DNA of 64,000 nucleotides from Planctomycetota bacterium (GCA_029260825.1 JAJDCM010000312.1:5215-69214); one strand, 5' to 3'. Counted from the first letter of the stretch, positions 18,455 through 28,509 are shown. The notes: generated by a model not told the origin, from the letters alone. Numbers and translations are program-made.

Positions 18455-21076
18455 ATGCCCGAGCACGTGTTTTTCTTCGGTGGAGGCGAGGCGGAGGGTA
18501 CTGCGAAGGCCCGAGAAAACCTTGGCGGTAAGGGTGCCAATCTTGCCGAAATGACAAACCTCGGAATTCCCGTTCCGCCCGGTTTCACCATTTCAACCCC
18601 GGTTTGCAAGTACTTCACCGATCATGAGGGATCCTATCCCGACGGACTCGAAGCCGAGGTCGAGGCCACCATCAAGCGACTTGAAGGCGTGATGGGAGCC
18701 AAGTTCGGCGACAACGAGAATCCCCTGCTGGTTTCGGTTCGAAGCGGAGCCGCCGTTTCGATGCCCGGAATGATGGATACGGTCCTGAATCTTGGTCTGA
18801 ATGATGAGAGCGTTCAAGGACTCATCCGCAAGAGCGGCCAGGAGCGTTTCGCGTGGGACTCCTACCGGCGATTCGTCAATATGTTCGGTGACGTGGTCAT
18901 GGACGTCGATCACGAGCATTTTGAAACCATCCTGACCGGCCTCAAAAACGAGGTGGGAGCCACCCAGGACACCGAACTCGACACTCCCCATCTCCAGGAA
19001 CTCGTGAAGAGGTACAAATCCCTCTACAAGGAGAAGACGGGAGAGGAATTCCCCACCAATCCGATCGATCAGCTCTGGCGAGCCGTGGGTGCGGTATTCA
19101 AATCCTGGAATATCCCGCGGGCTATCAAATATCGCCAGCTCAACTCCATCACCGGCCTTCTCGGCACCGCCGTTAACGTCCAGGTGATGGTGTTTGGGAA
19201 CATGGGTAACACATCTGGAACCGGGGTTGCCTTCACTCGTAACCCCTCGGACGGCACCCAGGAGTTCTACGGCGAGTACCTGATGAACGCTCAGGGCGAA
19301 GACGTGGTGGCGGGAATCCGGACTCCCCGTCCCATCAAAGATCTCGCTGATGGCATGCCCAAGGTGTACGACGAGCTCATCGGCATCAAGAACCGACTCG
19401 AAAAACATTACCGGGACGTCCAGGACGTGGAGTTCACCATCCAGGAGGGAAAACTCTACATGCTTCAAACCAGGTCGGGGAAACGAACCGCGCAGGCCGC
19501 GGTGAAGATCGCCGTCGACATGGTGAAAGAAGGTTTGATCGACAAGAACACGGCCCTTCTTCGGGTTGACGCCGGGCTGCTGGACACCTTGCTCCACCCG
19601 GGTTTCGATCCGAAGGCGGAAAAAGAACTCCTCGCATCGGGTCTTCCCGCATCCCCGGGTGCGGCGACAGGAAAGATCGTCTTCAACGCCGATGACGCGG
19701 AACGTCTTGGAAACGAAGGCGAGGCCGTTCTGCTCGTTCGGAATGAAACCTCACCGGAAGACATCGGCGGCATGCATGCAGCCCGGGGCATTCTGACCGC
19801 AACAGGTGGAATGACGAGCCACGCGGCCGTGGTTGCACGAGGCATGGGGACTTGCTGCGTCGCTGGCTGCGGAAGCCTCCGGATCGACTACAAGAAGAAA
19901 ACCCTGATCGTCGGCGATCGCACGTTTAAAGAAGGTGATTTTCTATCCCTTGATGGATCTGCGGGTGAGGTCTATGTCGGGCAAGTTCCGACCGTCCCCC
20001 CGGCGCTCTCCGAGGACTTTGGCGAACTCATGGGCTGGGCCGATGATGCCCGGCGCCTCCGGGTGCGCGCCAATGCGGACACTCCTGAGGACGCTCGAAA
20101 AGCCCGAGAAAACGGAGCCGAGGGAATCGGTCTATGTCGCACCGAGCACATGTTCTTCGATGCGGATCGTATCGTCGCCATGCGGGAGATGATTCTTGCG
20201 AACAACCTGAAGGAGCGAGAAGCTGCCCTTGGCAAGCTCCTCCCCATGCAGGTGGAGGACTTCGCTGCCATCTTCGAAGCAATGGAAGGACTCCCGGTCA
20301 CCATCCGCCTCCTCGACCCGCCCCTTCACGAGTTCCTTCCTCATGAGGACTCATCTCAGCAAGAGATGGCAGACTCGATGGGCGTGAGCCTGCAGGTCGT
20401 CCAGGACAAGGTGCGTTCTCTTCATGAGTCGAACCCGATGCTTGGTCATCGTGGTTGCCGGCTGGGGGTTACCTATCCGGAAATCTACGAGATGCAGGCC
20501 AAGGCCATCATCGAAGCCGCTTGCCGGGTCCAGGAAAAGGGGATCAAGATCTTCCCGGAGATCATGATCCCGCTCATCGGCACCTCCCAGGAGTTCAACA
20601 TTCTTGCCACCCAGATCCGCAACGTGGCCGAGGCCATGTTGAAGGAGAAGGGAATCAAGCTCGACTATCTGGTTGGAACCATGATCGAGATTCCTCGAGC
20701 TGCCCTCACTGCAGCCGAGATCGCCGAGAATGCCGAGTTCTTCTCCTTTGGCACCAACGACCTGACTCAGCTCACCTATGGCTATAGCCGAGACGACATC
20801 AACCGGTTCCTTCCCGATTACCTCGACCAGAAGATCCTTCCTGAAGATCCGTTCCAGGTCATGGATCAAGCCGGGGTGGGAAAGCTGGTTTCGATCGCCG
20901 TAAAAGACGGGCGCTCCGGTCGACCCAACCTGAAAATCGGGATCTGCGGAGAGCACGGAGGAGATCCCAAGTCGGTGACCTTCTGTCACCACGAAGGACT
21001 CGACTACGTGAGTTGCTCCCCCTTCCGGGTTCCCATCGCAAGGCTGGCTGCCGCCCAGGCTCAGATCCAGTCCTAG
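18455..21076 (+). CDS. ppdK: Pyruvate, phosphate dikinase
   Basis: Full-length PPDK: GGKGANLAEM, the phospho-His region GGMTSHAAVVARGMG, and the PEP-utilizers C-terminal domain GLCRTEHMF and FFSFGTNDLTQ. The likely start is MPEHVFFFGGG at 18455. The ORF is open from 18425. Confidence 0.95.
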   Translation: MPEHVFFFGGGEAEGTAKARENLGGKGANLAEMTNLGIPVPPGFTISTPVCKYFTDHEGSYPDGLEAEVEATIKRLEGVMGAKFGDNENPLLVSVRSGAAVSMPGMMDTVLNLGLNDESVQGLIRKSGQERFAWDSYRRFVNMFGDVVMDVDHEHFETILTGLKNEVGATQDTELDTPHLQELVKRYKSLYKEKTGEEFPTNPIDQLWRAVGAVFKSWNIPRAIKYRQLNSITGLLGTAVNVQVMVFGNMGNTSGTGVAFTRNPSDGTQEFYGEYLMNAQGEDVVAGIRTPRPIKDLADGMPKVYDELIGIKNRLEKHYRDVQDVEFTIQEGKLYMLQTRSGKRTAQAAVKIAVDMVKEGLIDKNTALLRVDAGLLDTLLHPGFDPKAEKELLASGLPASPGAATGKIVFNADDAERLGNEGEAVLLVRNETSPEDIGGMHAARGILTATGGMTSHAAVVARGMGTCCVAGCGSLRIDYKKKTLIVGDRTFKEGDFLSLDGSAGEVYVGQVPTVPPALSEDFGELMGWADDARRLRVRANADTPEDARKARENGAEGIGLCRTEHMFFDADRIVAMREMILANNLKEREAALGKLLPMQVEDFAAIFEAMEGLPVTIRLLDPPLHEFLPHEDSSQQEMADSMGVSLQVVQDKVRSLHESNPMLGHRGCRLGVTYPEIYEMQAKAIIEAACRVQEKGIKIFPEIMIPLIGTSQEFNILATQIRNVAEAMLKEKGIKLDYLVGTMIEIPRAALTAAEIAENAEFFSFGTNDLTQLTYGYSRDDINRFLPDYLDQKILPEDPFQVMDQAGVGKLVSIAVKDGRSGRPNLKIGICGEHGGDPKSVTFCHHEGLDYVSCSPFRVPIARLAAAQAQIQS

Positions 21077-21130
21077 GGCTTGGGGCGCTTTTCGCTCCGA
21101 GGGTTCGAGCGCCGCCACTCCAGTTCAGCC

Positions 21131-21167
21131 AAAAAACGGGCCGGTCATCGAAAGATGATCGGCCCGT
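21131..21167 (-). terminator. Intrinsic terminator downstream of yebC (possibly bidirectional with ppdK)
   Basis: 14-bp stem acgggccggtcatc / gatgatcggcccgt with a GAAA loop. It is flanked by aaaaaa on the plus strand, which reads as a U-tract for the minus-strand transcript. Confidence 0.7.
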
Positions 21168-21201
21168 CTTGCTTACTTGATCTCTCTTCTCCGCGCTGCT
21201 C

Positions 21202-21960
21202 CTACTCCTCCTCTTCGAGGGCCTTCAGCACGTCCTCTGCGAGTTCAAAGTTTGCATAGACGTTTTGAACGTCATCGTGATCTTCAAAGATCTCGAGCAG
21301 AGTGATCATCTTCTTCCCTTGCTCCACCTGATCGATCGTAATGGTGGTGGTGGGATCCATCATCAGCTCGCTGGTCTCGATGGGGACCTTTTTTTCATCC
21401 AGGCCCTTCAAGATGGCGTCAAACATGTCGGGAGGAGCCGTCACTTCAAAGAAGTCGCCCCGCTCTTCCAGGTTGTCAGCTCCGAGCTCAAGAGCGATCT
21501 CGAGAAGACCATCTTCATCCTGCCCTTCCCGGGGAATATTGAAGAAGGCCTTCTTCTCGAAGAGATAACTCACGCAACCGGAATCACCCATGTTCCCGCC
21601 GCGCTTATCAAAGATGTTTCGGAGCTCGCCAACGGTGCGATTCTTGTTGTCGGTGAGGACCTCGAGCAGGATGGCGACTCCCCCTGGCCCGTAACCCTCA
21701 TAGACCACCTCGGCAAAATTACCGGCTCCGAGTTCGCCGGTTCCCCGCTTCACCGCCCGATCAATGTTGTCGTTGGGCATGTTCGCGGCTTTGGCCTTGT
21801 CGATGGCGTACTTCAGCTTGAGGTTCATCTCCAGGTCAGCGCCACCGTTTCGCGCCGCCGTAATGATGTGCTTTGCAAGCTTGGAGAAAAGCTTGCCGCG
21901 CTTCTGATCGATGAGCGCCTTCTTGTGCTTGATGCCAGCCCAGTGTGAATGTCCAGCCAC
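21202..21960 (-). CDS. yebC: YebC/PmpR family DNA-binding transcriptional regulator
   Basis: (V)AGHSHWAGIKHKKA...AARNGGADLEMNLKL...VYEGYGPGGVA. The canonical N-terminus begins at GTG 21960. The ORF is open to 22059. Confidence 0.9.
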   Translation of the reverse strand: MAGHSHWAGIKHKKALIDQKRGKLFSKLAKHIITAARNGGADLEMNLKLKYAIDKAKAANMPNDNIDRAVKRGTGELGAGNFAEVVYEGYGPGGVAILLEVLTDNKNRTVGELRNIFDKRGGNMGDSGCVSYLFEKKAFFNIPREGQDEDGLLEIALELGADNLEERGDFFEVTAPPDMFDAILKGLDEKKVPIETSELMMDPTTTITIDQVEQGKKMITLLEIFEDHDDVQNVYANFELAEDVLKALEEEE

Positions 21961-22867
21961 GGAATCCGACTCCCTTATATCTATGAAGGTGGATCGATTG
22001 AAAAATTGGTTGTCCCGAGGGCCTCGAAAGCCTGAGGAAGACCTGCCACGAGAATTCAAAAAACACTATCTTTCGTCCAGCCAAGAGAGTCAAGGCCCTG
22101 GCTGTTCGAACAGCAAGCAGCACCCGCTGAGCACAAAACCGTCTCACCCTCTCGTATCTCTTCTTTCGTCCTGTTTGCACAGACTGTTAAGAGCACTTTC
22201 ACCTGTAAACCGGAGCGCCAAAATACATCCCCATAACACACTGCCACAAAACATCTTACAACCTCACATCACGAGCAGGCAATTCCAGCCCAAGAGTGCA
22301 ATCCAAACTTGACAGGTCGACAGCACAGAAGCAAGAGACGATAAGCAACTGGCACATAATCGGTTAAAGAAAAAAAGAGCTTCTTCTAAAGAATTGGTAC
22401 GGATCCTGCGTTTGTTTCCCTCATCAAGTCGCTTCGAGTTTTAACCAGAAGCGGCAAAGAGAGATCCCCGGTGGGATGAACGAGAAAGTCGTTCTACACC
22501 CAGGTGTCCTATACAAGGGAGATGACAACGACAACGAAGGCAAAAAATTAGACTGAAAGCGGGTTGAAAAAGAATATTGGCCTAGAATCTTTATTCGCTA
22601 TTCCATCGATCCAGACAAAAAAGTTGGGACACCGGTAAGTAGATTTACTCGAAAACCCATCGGGGTCGCTCTCCCTTAACCCGCAAGCCTTCTACAAGAA
22701 CAAACAATTTGAAACTTCATGAATGTGAATCAGTGTCGGATGCTACGGAATAACTTGGTTTATCGTGGATATCTTTGGAGCAAACCCGACTGATCTGCCC
22801 TAGGGAAATGGCTGAGTAGAGCAGAAGACACTGTTAACAGCCGACTCTCGAGTCGGTATAAGAGGAA

Positions 22868-22903
22868 GCGAGATGGAGCCCCCATCTCGCTTTCTTTTTT
22901 TTT
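22868..22903 (+). terminator. Strong plus-strand intrinsic terminator with no upstream ORF
   Basis: gcgagatgg-agccc-ccatctcgc (9-bp stem) followed by tttcttttttttt. Confidence 0.75.
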
Positions 22904-22936
22904 CGTCTTCGCTTCGCCTTCGGCGAAGCGAAGACG
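22904..22936. repeat. Perfect 15-bp-arm palindrome (hairpin element, copy 1)
   Basis: cgtcttcgcttcgcc-ttc-ggcgaagcgaagacg. It shares the 17-mer ggcgaagcgaagacgga with 23052-23068. Confidence 0.9.
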
Positions 22937-22941
22937 GAACG

Positions 22942-22980
22942 AAAAAAAAGAGGGCAAGCCTGGGCCCACCCTCTTTTCTT
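22942..22980 (-). terminator. Candidate terminator for the minus-strand rplM-rpsI unit (bidirectional shape)
   Basis: An aaaaaaaa tract, then a GC-rich stem (gaggg...ccctc with inner gggc/gccc pairing), then ttttctt. On the minus strand the stem is followed by a U-tract. Confidence 0.5.
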
Positions 22981-23033
22981 AATTGTATCTCGCAGTATTT
23001 CGGACGAAGTCTCGCGGTTTTCGGGACGAAGTC

Positions 23034-23066
23034 CGTCGTAGCTTCGCCCTCGGCGAAGCGAAGACG
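23034..23066. repeat. Degenerate second copy of the palindromic element, immediately after the rpsI stop
   Basis: cgtc-gta-gcttcgcc-ctc-ggcgaagc-gaa-gacg. It has the same core as 22904-22936. Confidence 0.8.
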
Positions 23067-23068
23067 GA

Positions 23069-23617
23069 TCATCTCTTCGAGAACTGGAAGCTTCGACGAG
23101 CTCCTCTTCTTCCGTACTTCTTTCGTTCCACCATCCGAGCGTCTCGAGTCATGAAGCCTTCTTTACGAAGACCCGCCTCCAGAGCCGGTTCGGCTTTGAT
23201 CAAGGCCCGCGCCGTGCCCATGAGGATCGCGCCGGACTGACCGGTCATGCCCCCACCGGCAACCCGGACGAAGAGATCGTAGTCGGTCTCTCGCTGGCTG
23301 CTCTTCAAAGCCGACATGGCGTGACTGCGATCCTTCTCGTTCCGGAAGTAATCGGTGAAATCACGACCGTTGACCACATACCGTCCCTCGCCTTTGCGAA
23401 GGCGTACTCGAGCAACCGCCGACTTTCTTCGCCCGACACCGAGGAAGGCACCGTCAGATGCACGGGGCTTGGGAGGCTCGACCTCCTGGATGGCAACCGG
23501 AGTTGCGGCGTCCACGGATGAAGTCTCCGCAACGGGTGGTGCCGCTGGAGTCTCCGGAGCTTCAGGCGCCTTGATCTCTTCCGGGGCGTTTTCCGGGCTA
23601 GCTGCTTCGTCAGTCAC
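23069..23617 (-). CDS. rpsI: 30S ribosomal protein S9 with an N-terminal Pro/Ala/Glu-rich extension of about 55 aa
   Basis: GVGRRKSAVARVRLRKGEG...KKYGRRGARRSFQFSKR. The GTG start at 23617 is preceded by GAGGA, 15 nt after the rplM stop. Confidence 0.93.
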   Translation of the reverse strand: MTDEAASPENAPEEIKAPEAPETPAAPPVAETSSVDAATPVAIQEVEPPKPRASDGAFLGVGRRKSAVARVRLRKGEGRYVVNGRDFTDYFRNEKDRSHAMSALKSSQRETDYDLFVRVAGGGMTGQSGAILMGTARALIKAEPALEAGLRKEGFMTRDARMVERKKYGRRGARRSFQFSKR

Positions 23618-23632
23618 CGAGTCGTCCTCTAC

Positions 23633-24085
23633 TTAGAGTTGGTTTTTAATGTCTAGTACCTGGGGCATCTGCGCGTCGTGAGGATGTTCCGCACCACGGT
23701 AGACCTTGAGCTTCTTGATCATCTTCCTCCCCATCTTGGTCTTGGGGAGCATTCGCTTGATGGCAAGCCGAATCACCTCGGAGGGATCGCTGACGATCAG
23801 GTCTTCAAGGGATCGCTCTTTGAGCCCGCCCGGATATCCGGAATGGTGGTAGTAGGTCTTGCTCGCCAACTTCTTACCCGTCACTTTGATTTTGGCGGCA
23901 TTGATGACCACGACGAAATCGCCGGTATCCACGTGCGGCGTATAGCTGGTCTTGGACTTTCCCTGGAGGATGCGGGCGCTCCTCGCAGCGAGGCGCCCAA
24001 GTACAACGCCAGTCGCATCGACAATGTGCCAAGCTCGCTCAACTTCAGCTGGCTTGGCCGCCTTCGTCACACCTATGCTACTCAT
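23633..24085 (-). CDS. rplM: 50S ribosomal protein L13
   Basis: [25 protein letters not shown]...[16 protein letters not shown]...[12 protein letters not shown]. The start is ATG 24085. The longer ORF to 24181 would overlap the upstream gene. Confidence 0.93.
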   Translation of the reverse strand: MSSIGVTKAAKPAEVERAWHIVDATGVVLGRLAARSARILQGKSKTSYTPHVDTGDFVVVINAAKIKVTGKKLASKTYYHHSGYPGGLKERSLEDLIVSDPSEVIRLAIKRMLPKTKMGRKMIKKLKVYRGAEHPHDAQMPQVLDIKNQL

Positions 24086-24104
24086 GATTTCTGATTCCCG
24101 TTGT

Positions 24105-24692
24105 TTATCGAACGGCTTTGGGGGCCGAAAGGTCCACCCAGCCTTCTTTCTTGAGCTTGATCTTGTCTCGGTCCGCACCAAATTGATCTCCCGGACGGGA
24201 GAAGATATAGCGCATCGCCTTCTTCACAAAGAAGTCTTTACCGCTCTTCGTCACAATTGTGTCGCGAAGACCGGTGACATCGATCCAGATTTCGTCCGCA
24301 TGAGGATCGAGCGGGCCAAAAATAGCCACGCACTCGACAGACTCACCGGCACCAATGGTCTTGGGCCGTTCACTCCGCGAGAGCATCTTCTTTCCGGTCC
24401 GGGCCTCCAGAGCCTTGTCGACCTTGGAAGAGCCGATGTCTCGTCCCTTCTTCTTCGTATCCGTCATGACCCGGAAGTTCACGTTGAACGGTGCTTCGTC
24501 CCCCGTGGGGTTCGTGACGGTGTACTTCATATAATAGTTGGCGACGGACTTGCCGAGGCTGTCCTTCACCGTGATTCGCTTGAGGCCGCCTTGCTTGATC
24601 GAAAGCCGAAAGCCCGGGGCCGCCGCAGCCGACGTGACCAGACTCAGGACGAGAAGACCGCAAAGAGCGGCGGTAGCTCGCAAAGAAAGCAT
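24105..24692 (-). CDS. Hypothetical secreted protein
   Basis: Signal peptide [26 protein letters not shown] followed by a beta-rich sequence. No recognised domain. Confidence 0.55.
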   Translation of the reverse strand: MLSLRATAALCGLLVLSLVTSAAAAPGFRLSIKQGGLKRITVKDSLGKSVANYYMKYTVTNPTGDEAPFNVNFRVMTDTKKKGRDIGSSKVDKALEARTGKKMLSRSERPKTIGAGESVECVAIFGPLDPHADEIWIDVTGLRDTIVTKSGKDFFVKKAMRYIFSRPGDQFGADRDKIKLKKEGWVDLSAPKAVR

Positions 24693-24808
24693 GTAGATTT
24701 TCCTTTCTGCTTGTCAGATAGGCAGATGAGAAAAGCCCGGAGTCTAGCTTCGCCCCAATGAGGTGTCAAGCCAATATCAACCGGGAACAACCCCCAACTT
24801 GGCCCTGT

Positions 24809-25429
24809 CTAGTCGATGGTGAGAACCTGCAGGATTTCGGACTCGCTGTCCTCACCCACTTCAAGTGTGTTCGGATCCATCTCAAAGTCATCACGAATGT
24901 TATAGCCCTTGAACGAGAGATCTGCATAAAGCACGTTCATGGTGTTGGGGTGATTGGGGCCGAATTCCCAATCGTCGGAAACAATGGCCTGGGATCCTAG
25001 CTTGGTCGATTTGAGCGGATAATTGCGCACATCCCGACCTGCATAGCTCGTCACCGTGGAATCCACCGAGTCGATATCCTCCAGGAGGAACTCCTTGGTG
25101 TCCGGATCAACGACATACGAGTTCTGATCCCCCGGGCAAAGATAGATCTTTGCATAACGCTCATTGTGCTCGATCTCGTGCTTGGCCCAGGGCTCCAGGA
25201 AAAAACGAATCCCGGAAGTTCGAGGGAACCTGTTGTCATGGCTACCTTTATACAGCTGTATCGAGGCACCGATCTCCTTCAGATTCTTCTGGCAGGCAAC
25301 CACATGGGCTCGATCCTGACCCCGAAAAAGGGTCGGACTCACGAGACCGATGATGAGAGCCATGATGGCAATGACCACCAGGATCTCGATCAGAGTAAAG
25401 CCGGATTGATTTAAGTCTTTATTTTTCAA
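24809..25429 (-). CDS. Prepilin-type N-terminal cleavage/methylation domain protein (GspG-like pseudopilin)
   Basis: Class III signal: MKNKDLNQSG|FTLIEILVVIAIMALIIGLV. Confidence 0.85.
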   Translation of the reverse strand: MKNKDLNQSGFTLIEILVVIAIMALIIGLVSPTLFRGQDRAHVVACQKNLKEIGASIQLYKGSHDNRFPRTSGIRFFLEPWAKHEIEHNERYAKIYLCPGDQNSYVVDPDTKEFLLEDIDSVDSTVTSYAGRDVRNYPLKSTKLGSQAIVSDDWEFGPNHPNTMNVLYADLSFKGYNIRDDFEMDPNTLEVGEDSESEILQVLTID

Positions 25430-25557
25430 TGCTTTTCTCCCGCACGGTGGCTTCGGATGTGCGCCGGAATACGACCTTTTTTCTGGCGTTCATCATACTC
25501 CAAGGCGAGGGATCGGATCAAGACCCGTCAATCTGGTGGACTTTCGAAGCAGGCAAC

Positions 25558-26730
25558 TCACGAGAGACCAGCGTCCTTGCGAAGCTGGTCCGCAACGTCG
25601 GTTTGCTCCCATTTGAACTGGGGAAGCTCCCGGCCAAAATGGCCATGCCTTGCGGTCTCAAAATAGATCGGTCGTCGAAGCTCAAGCTTCTCGATGATCG
25701 CCCGGGGCGTCAGATCGAAGTGACGGTCAATCAGCTCGTTGATCTTGTCCTCGGGGATCTTGTTCGTGCCAAACGTGTCGACGAGGACACTAACCGGCTT
25801 TGCCACCCCGATTGCGTAGGCAACCTGGATCTCGCATCGATCGGCAAGCCCGGCTTTCACCACGTTCTTGGCAACCCATCTTGCGGCGTAGGCTGCACTT
25901 CGATCGACTTTGGTGGGGTCTTTTCCGGAGAATGCTCCTCCGCCATGGCGGGCCATTCCCCCGTAGGTATCCACGATAATCTTTCGTCCCGTGAGTCCGC
26001 AGTCTCCCGCCGGGCCTCCGACCACAAACCGGCCGGTAGGATTGATGTGATAAATCGTGTCGGCGTCGACGAGGTTGGCCGGTATGACGGCCAAAATGAC
26101 CTTCTCGAGAATATCCTTCGTCAAGGTTTCTTGGTCCACATCCTCGCTATGCTGGGTGGAAATAACCACCGTATGCACTCGTTTGGGGCGACCGTCGACA
26201 TACTCAACGGTAACCTGGGACTTGCCGTCAGGTCGAAGATAGGGAAGCTCACCCGTTTGCCGACAGACAGCCAGCCGCTCCACGAGGGAGTGAGAAAGAG
26301 AAATCGCAAGAGGCATGAGAGTCGGGGTTTCGTCACAAGCATAGCCGAACATCAGGCCCTGATCTCCGGCCCCCTGTTCCTTGTGCAAGCCCTCTCCCTC
26401 GGTCACTCCCTGAGAGATATCCGCCGACTGCTTGTCGATGGTGGAAATGACGGCGCAACTTTCATAGTCGAACCCCATGCCACCGCCGACGTAGCCGATT
26501 TTCTTCACCGTGGATCGAACCACCTCGGGGATGTCAATGTAGGCCGAGGTTGAGATTTCACCCGAGACAACCACCATCCCGGTCGTAACCAGAGTCTCGC
26601 AGGCGACGCGAGCGTGAGGATCCTCGGTAAAGATTGCATCGAGAACAGCGTCCGAAATCTGGTCAGCAACCTTGTCCGGATGTCCCATGGAGACGGACTC
26701 AGATGTGAACAACATCCGCTTCTGGCTCAT
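25558..26730 (-). CDS. metK: S-adenosylmethionine synthase
   Basis: [37 protein letters not shown] and [23 protein letters not shown]. Confidence 0.97.
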   Translation of the reverse strand: MSQKRMLFTSESVSMGHPDKVADQISDAVLDAIFTEDPHARVACETLVTTGMVVVSGEISTSAYIDIPEVVRSTVKKIGYVGGGMGFDYESCAVISTIDKQSADISQGVTEGEGLHKEQGAGDQGLMFGYACDETPTLMPLAISLSHSLVERLAVCRQTGELPYLRPDGKSQVTVEYVDGRPKRVHTVVISTQHSEDVDQETLTKDILEKVILAVIPANLVDADTIYHINPTGRFVVGGPAGDCGLTGRKIIVDTYGGMARHGGGAFSGKDPTKVDRSAAYAARWVAKNVVKAGLADRCEIQVAYAIGVAKPVSVLVDTFGTNKIPEDKINELIDRHFDLTPRAIIEKLELRRPIYFETARHGHFGRELPQFKWEQTDVADQLRKDAGLS

Positions 26731-28088
26731 TCAGCTCGCTCCTTATCTTTGATTCGCGCCGACGTTTCTTGACTTGGTGGATAACAGGAAATGATTCGAG
26801 AGCCGATAATATCGAGATTCCGGAGACTGGCTCCTTTGTTTTGCTCGATGGTGGCTCTCGCGCGGCGCCCCATTGCCTCTCGGTCGTTGTCATTGGATAA
26901 CAGGTCGCCCACCGCAAGGGTGAGCTCATCCACACCACTCACGACTCGCACCGCATTTTCCTGGACGAGGACATCGACTGAATCCTGGAAATTGAAGGTG
27001 TGCGGCCCAAAAACCACCGCTTTTCCGAGTCCTGCGGGCTCCATCATGTTCTGCCCGCCGTGAGGAATGAGGCTGCCTCCGACAAATACGACGTCCGCAA
27101 GGCCGTAGAGTTTACCGAGTTCGCCTATCGTGTCAATGAGAATCACCGGGGCGTCACCACTCTCATTTCCGAGGTTCTTTCCGTCCTCAAGAGCGGTTCT
27201 TCGAACCACCGTGGCCCCTGCGTCTTGGAGGCTCATTTCGACTTCCGAAAGCCGCTCTGGATGCCTGGGCGCGACCAAGAGACGCAGACGTGGGTGCTGC
27301 TCTTTGAGCTTCTTGTAACTCTTGAAGAGAATCATCTCCTCCGGTGGATGTGTGCTTCCCCCGATCAAGACCACGTCACCGGGCCGAATCCCGATGTCCT
27401 TTGCCAGGAGATCACGATGGGCCTCATCCTGCTCCGTTTCCACGTTGTCGAACTTCATGGTTCCGGTCACGTGGATCCGATCCGCCGGCACTCCCAGGTC
27501 AATCAGACGCTGGGCGTATTGCTCGTTCTGAACGCAGGAGGCGACGACCCGATTCCACGGCTGGGGAAGAAAACGCTTCCAGAGCCGGTAGCCCTTGAAG
27601 GATCGCTCGGAAATTCGTCCGTTGATGAGGCCCACCGGGATGCCGTGGCGACGGGTCACCAGGAGGAAGTTGGGCCAGATCTCGAGTTCGATCAGGATCA
27701 CTGCGGTCGGTTTGATCCGGCGGAGCACCCGACGAATCGCAAAACTCAAATCGACCGGATAGTAGAAGACGTGCTTTCCCGGGTACCGCTCGGTTGCCAC
27801 CCCATGACCGGTCTGAGTCGTGGTCGAAAGGGCAACATCCCACTCCGGATACCGACGCGAGAATGCCTCGATGAAGCGATTCGCTCCGAGGATCTCCCCC
27901 ACGGAAACCCCGTGAATCCAGAGACAGGGAGCGCTCGACTCGCGGATGGGAACAAACCCGAAGCGTTGCCAGAGGCCGGCTCGAAATCGGGGCTCCGAAA
28001 CCATGCGATAAACAACAAGTGGAAGCAAGACGACGATCGCAATCAGGTACATCAGGTCATAGAAGGAATGAACGATCATGTTGATCAT
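26727..28088 (-). CDS. waaA: 3-deoxy-D-manno-octulosonic acid (Kdo) transferase
   Basis: N-terminal membrane anchor, WIHGVSVGE, and a C-terminal GT domain ([31 protein letters not shown]). The ORF is open to 28400 but that part overlaps the secA 3' end. Candidate starts are 28118, 28088 and 28079. Confidence 0.85.
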   Translation of the reverse strand: MINMIVHSFYDLMYLIAIVVLLPLVVYRMVSEPRFRAGLWQRFGFVPIRESSAPCLWIHGVSVGEILGANRFIEAFSRRYPEWDVALSTTTQTGHGVATERYPGKHVFYYPVDLSFAIRRVLRRIKPTAVILIELEIWPNFLLVTRRHGIPVGLINGRISERSFKGYRLWKRFLPQPWNRVVASCVQNEQYAQRLIDLGVPADRIHVTGTMKFDNVETEQDEAHRDLLAKDIGIRPGDVVLIGGSTHPPEEMILFKSYKKLKEQHPRLRLLVAPRHPERLSEVEMSLQDAGATVVRRTALEDGKNLGNESGDAPVILIDTIGELGKLYGLADVVFVGGSLIPHGGQNMMEPAGLGKAVVFGPHTFNFQDSVDVLVQENAVRVVSGVDELTLAVGDLLSNDNDREAMGRRARATIEQNKGASLRNLDIIGSRIISCYPPSQETSARIKDKERAE

Positions 28089-28122
28089 CGATTCCCACCG
28101 ACCGAGCGGAGGAAGCATCGAG

Positions 28123-28509
28123 TCAGCTAGCGATCTTGCCGTGACACTTCTTGTACTTCTTGCCGCTTCCGCAGGGGCAAACATCGTTTCGGCCGACCTT
28201 GGGCTCACTCTTGCGGATCGGTTGAGCCTTTGCCTGCTCTCCTCCTCGCTGTGAGCCGGCGATGGCAGCCTCTTTTTGTTTTGCCGACCTTTCAAACGCC
28301 ATTTCCTGCTGATGAACAAATTGTGACGGATTCCACAGCCTCTCCGGAGGCGGCGTTGCACGCCTTCCACCACCACCCGGTGCTTCTGGCTGTTCTTCAA
28401 TTCGAAGACGGAAGATGAGGTTCGTCACCTCGTCCCGCAAAACGTCGACCATTTCCTCAAAGAGCTGGTATCCCTCGGCCTTGTAGGCAAGCTTGGGATC
28501 CTTCTGAGC
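28123..28509 (-). CDS. secA: SecA C-terminal continuation (in frame with 28510..30759, downstream of an internal TAG)
   Basis: [28 protein letters not shown]... ending in the zinc-binding SEC-C motif [15 protein letters not shown]. It is in the same frame as the upstream secA segment. Confidence 0.85.
   Translation of the reverse strand, partial: AQKDPKLAYKAEGYQLFEEMVDVLRDEVTNLIFRLRIEEQPEAPGGGGRRATPPPERLWNPSQFVHQQEMAFERSAKQKEAAIAGSQRGGEQAKAQPIRKSEPKVGRNDVCPCGSGKKYKKCHGKIAS

Noticed and set aside
21961-22059. 33-codon N-terminal extension of yebC
   Set aside because: The family-typical N-terminus (M)AGHSHWAGIKHKK begins at GTG 21960. The upstream part is Arg/Ser-rich with no similarity.
22800-23154. 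ORFs 22800..23072(-), 22760..22969(-), 22873..23154(+) and 22983..23240(+)
   Set aside because: They are translations of the palindromic/terminator cluster (repeating LRFAEGEA and RRSEDG strings on both strands). None has a ribosome-binding site.
28089-28400. 5' extension of the waaA ORF (557 aa version)
   Set aside because: It overlaps the in-frame SecA C-terminal region, which carries the SEC-C zinc motif. The Kdo-transferase membrane anchor starts only near 28088.
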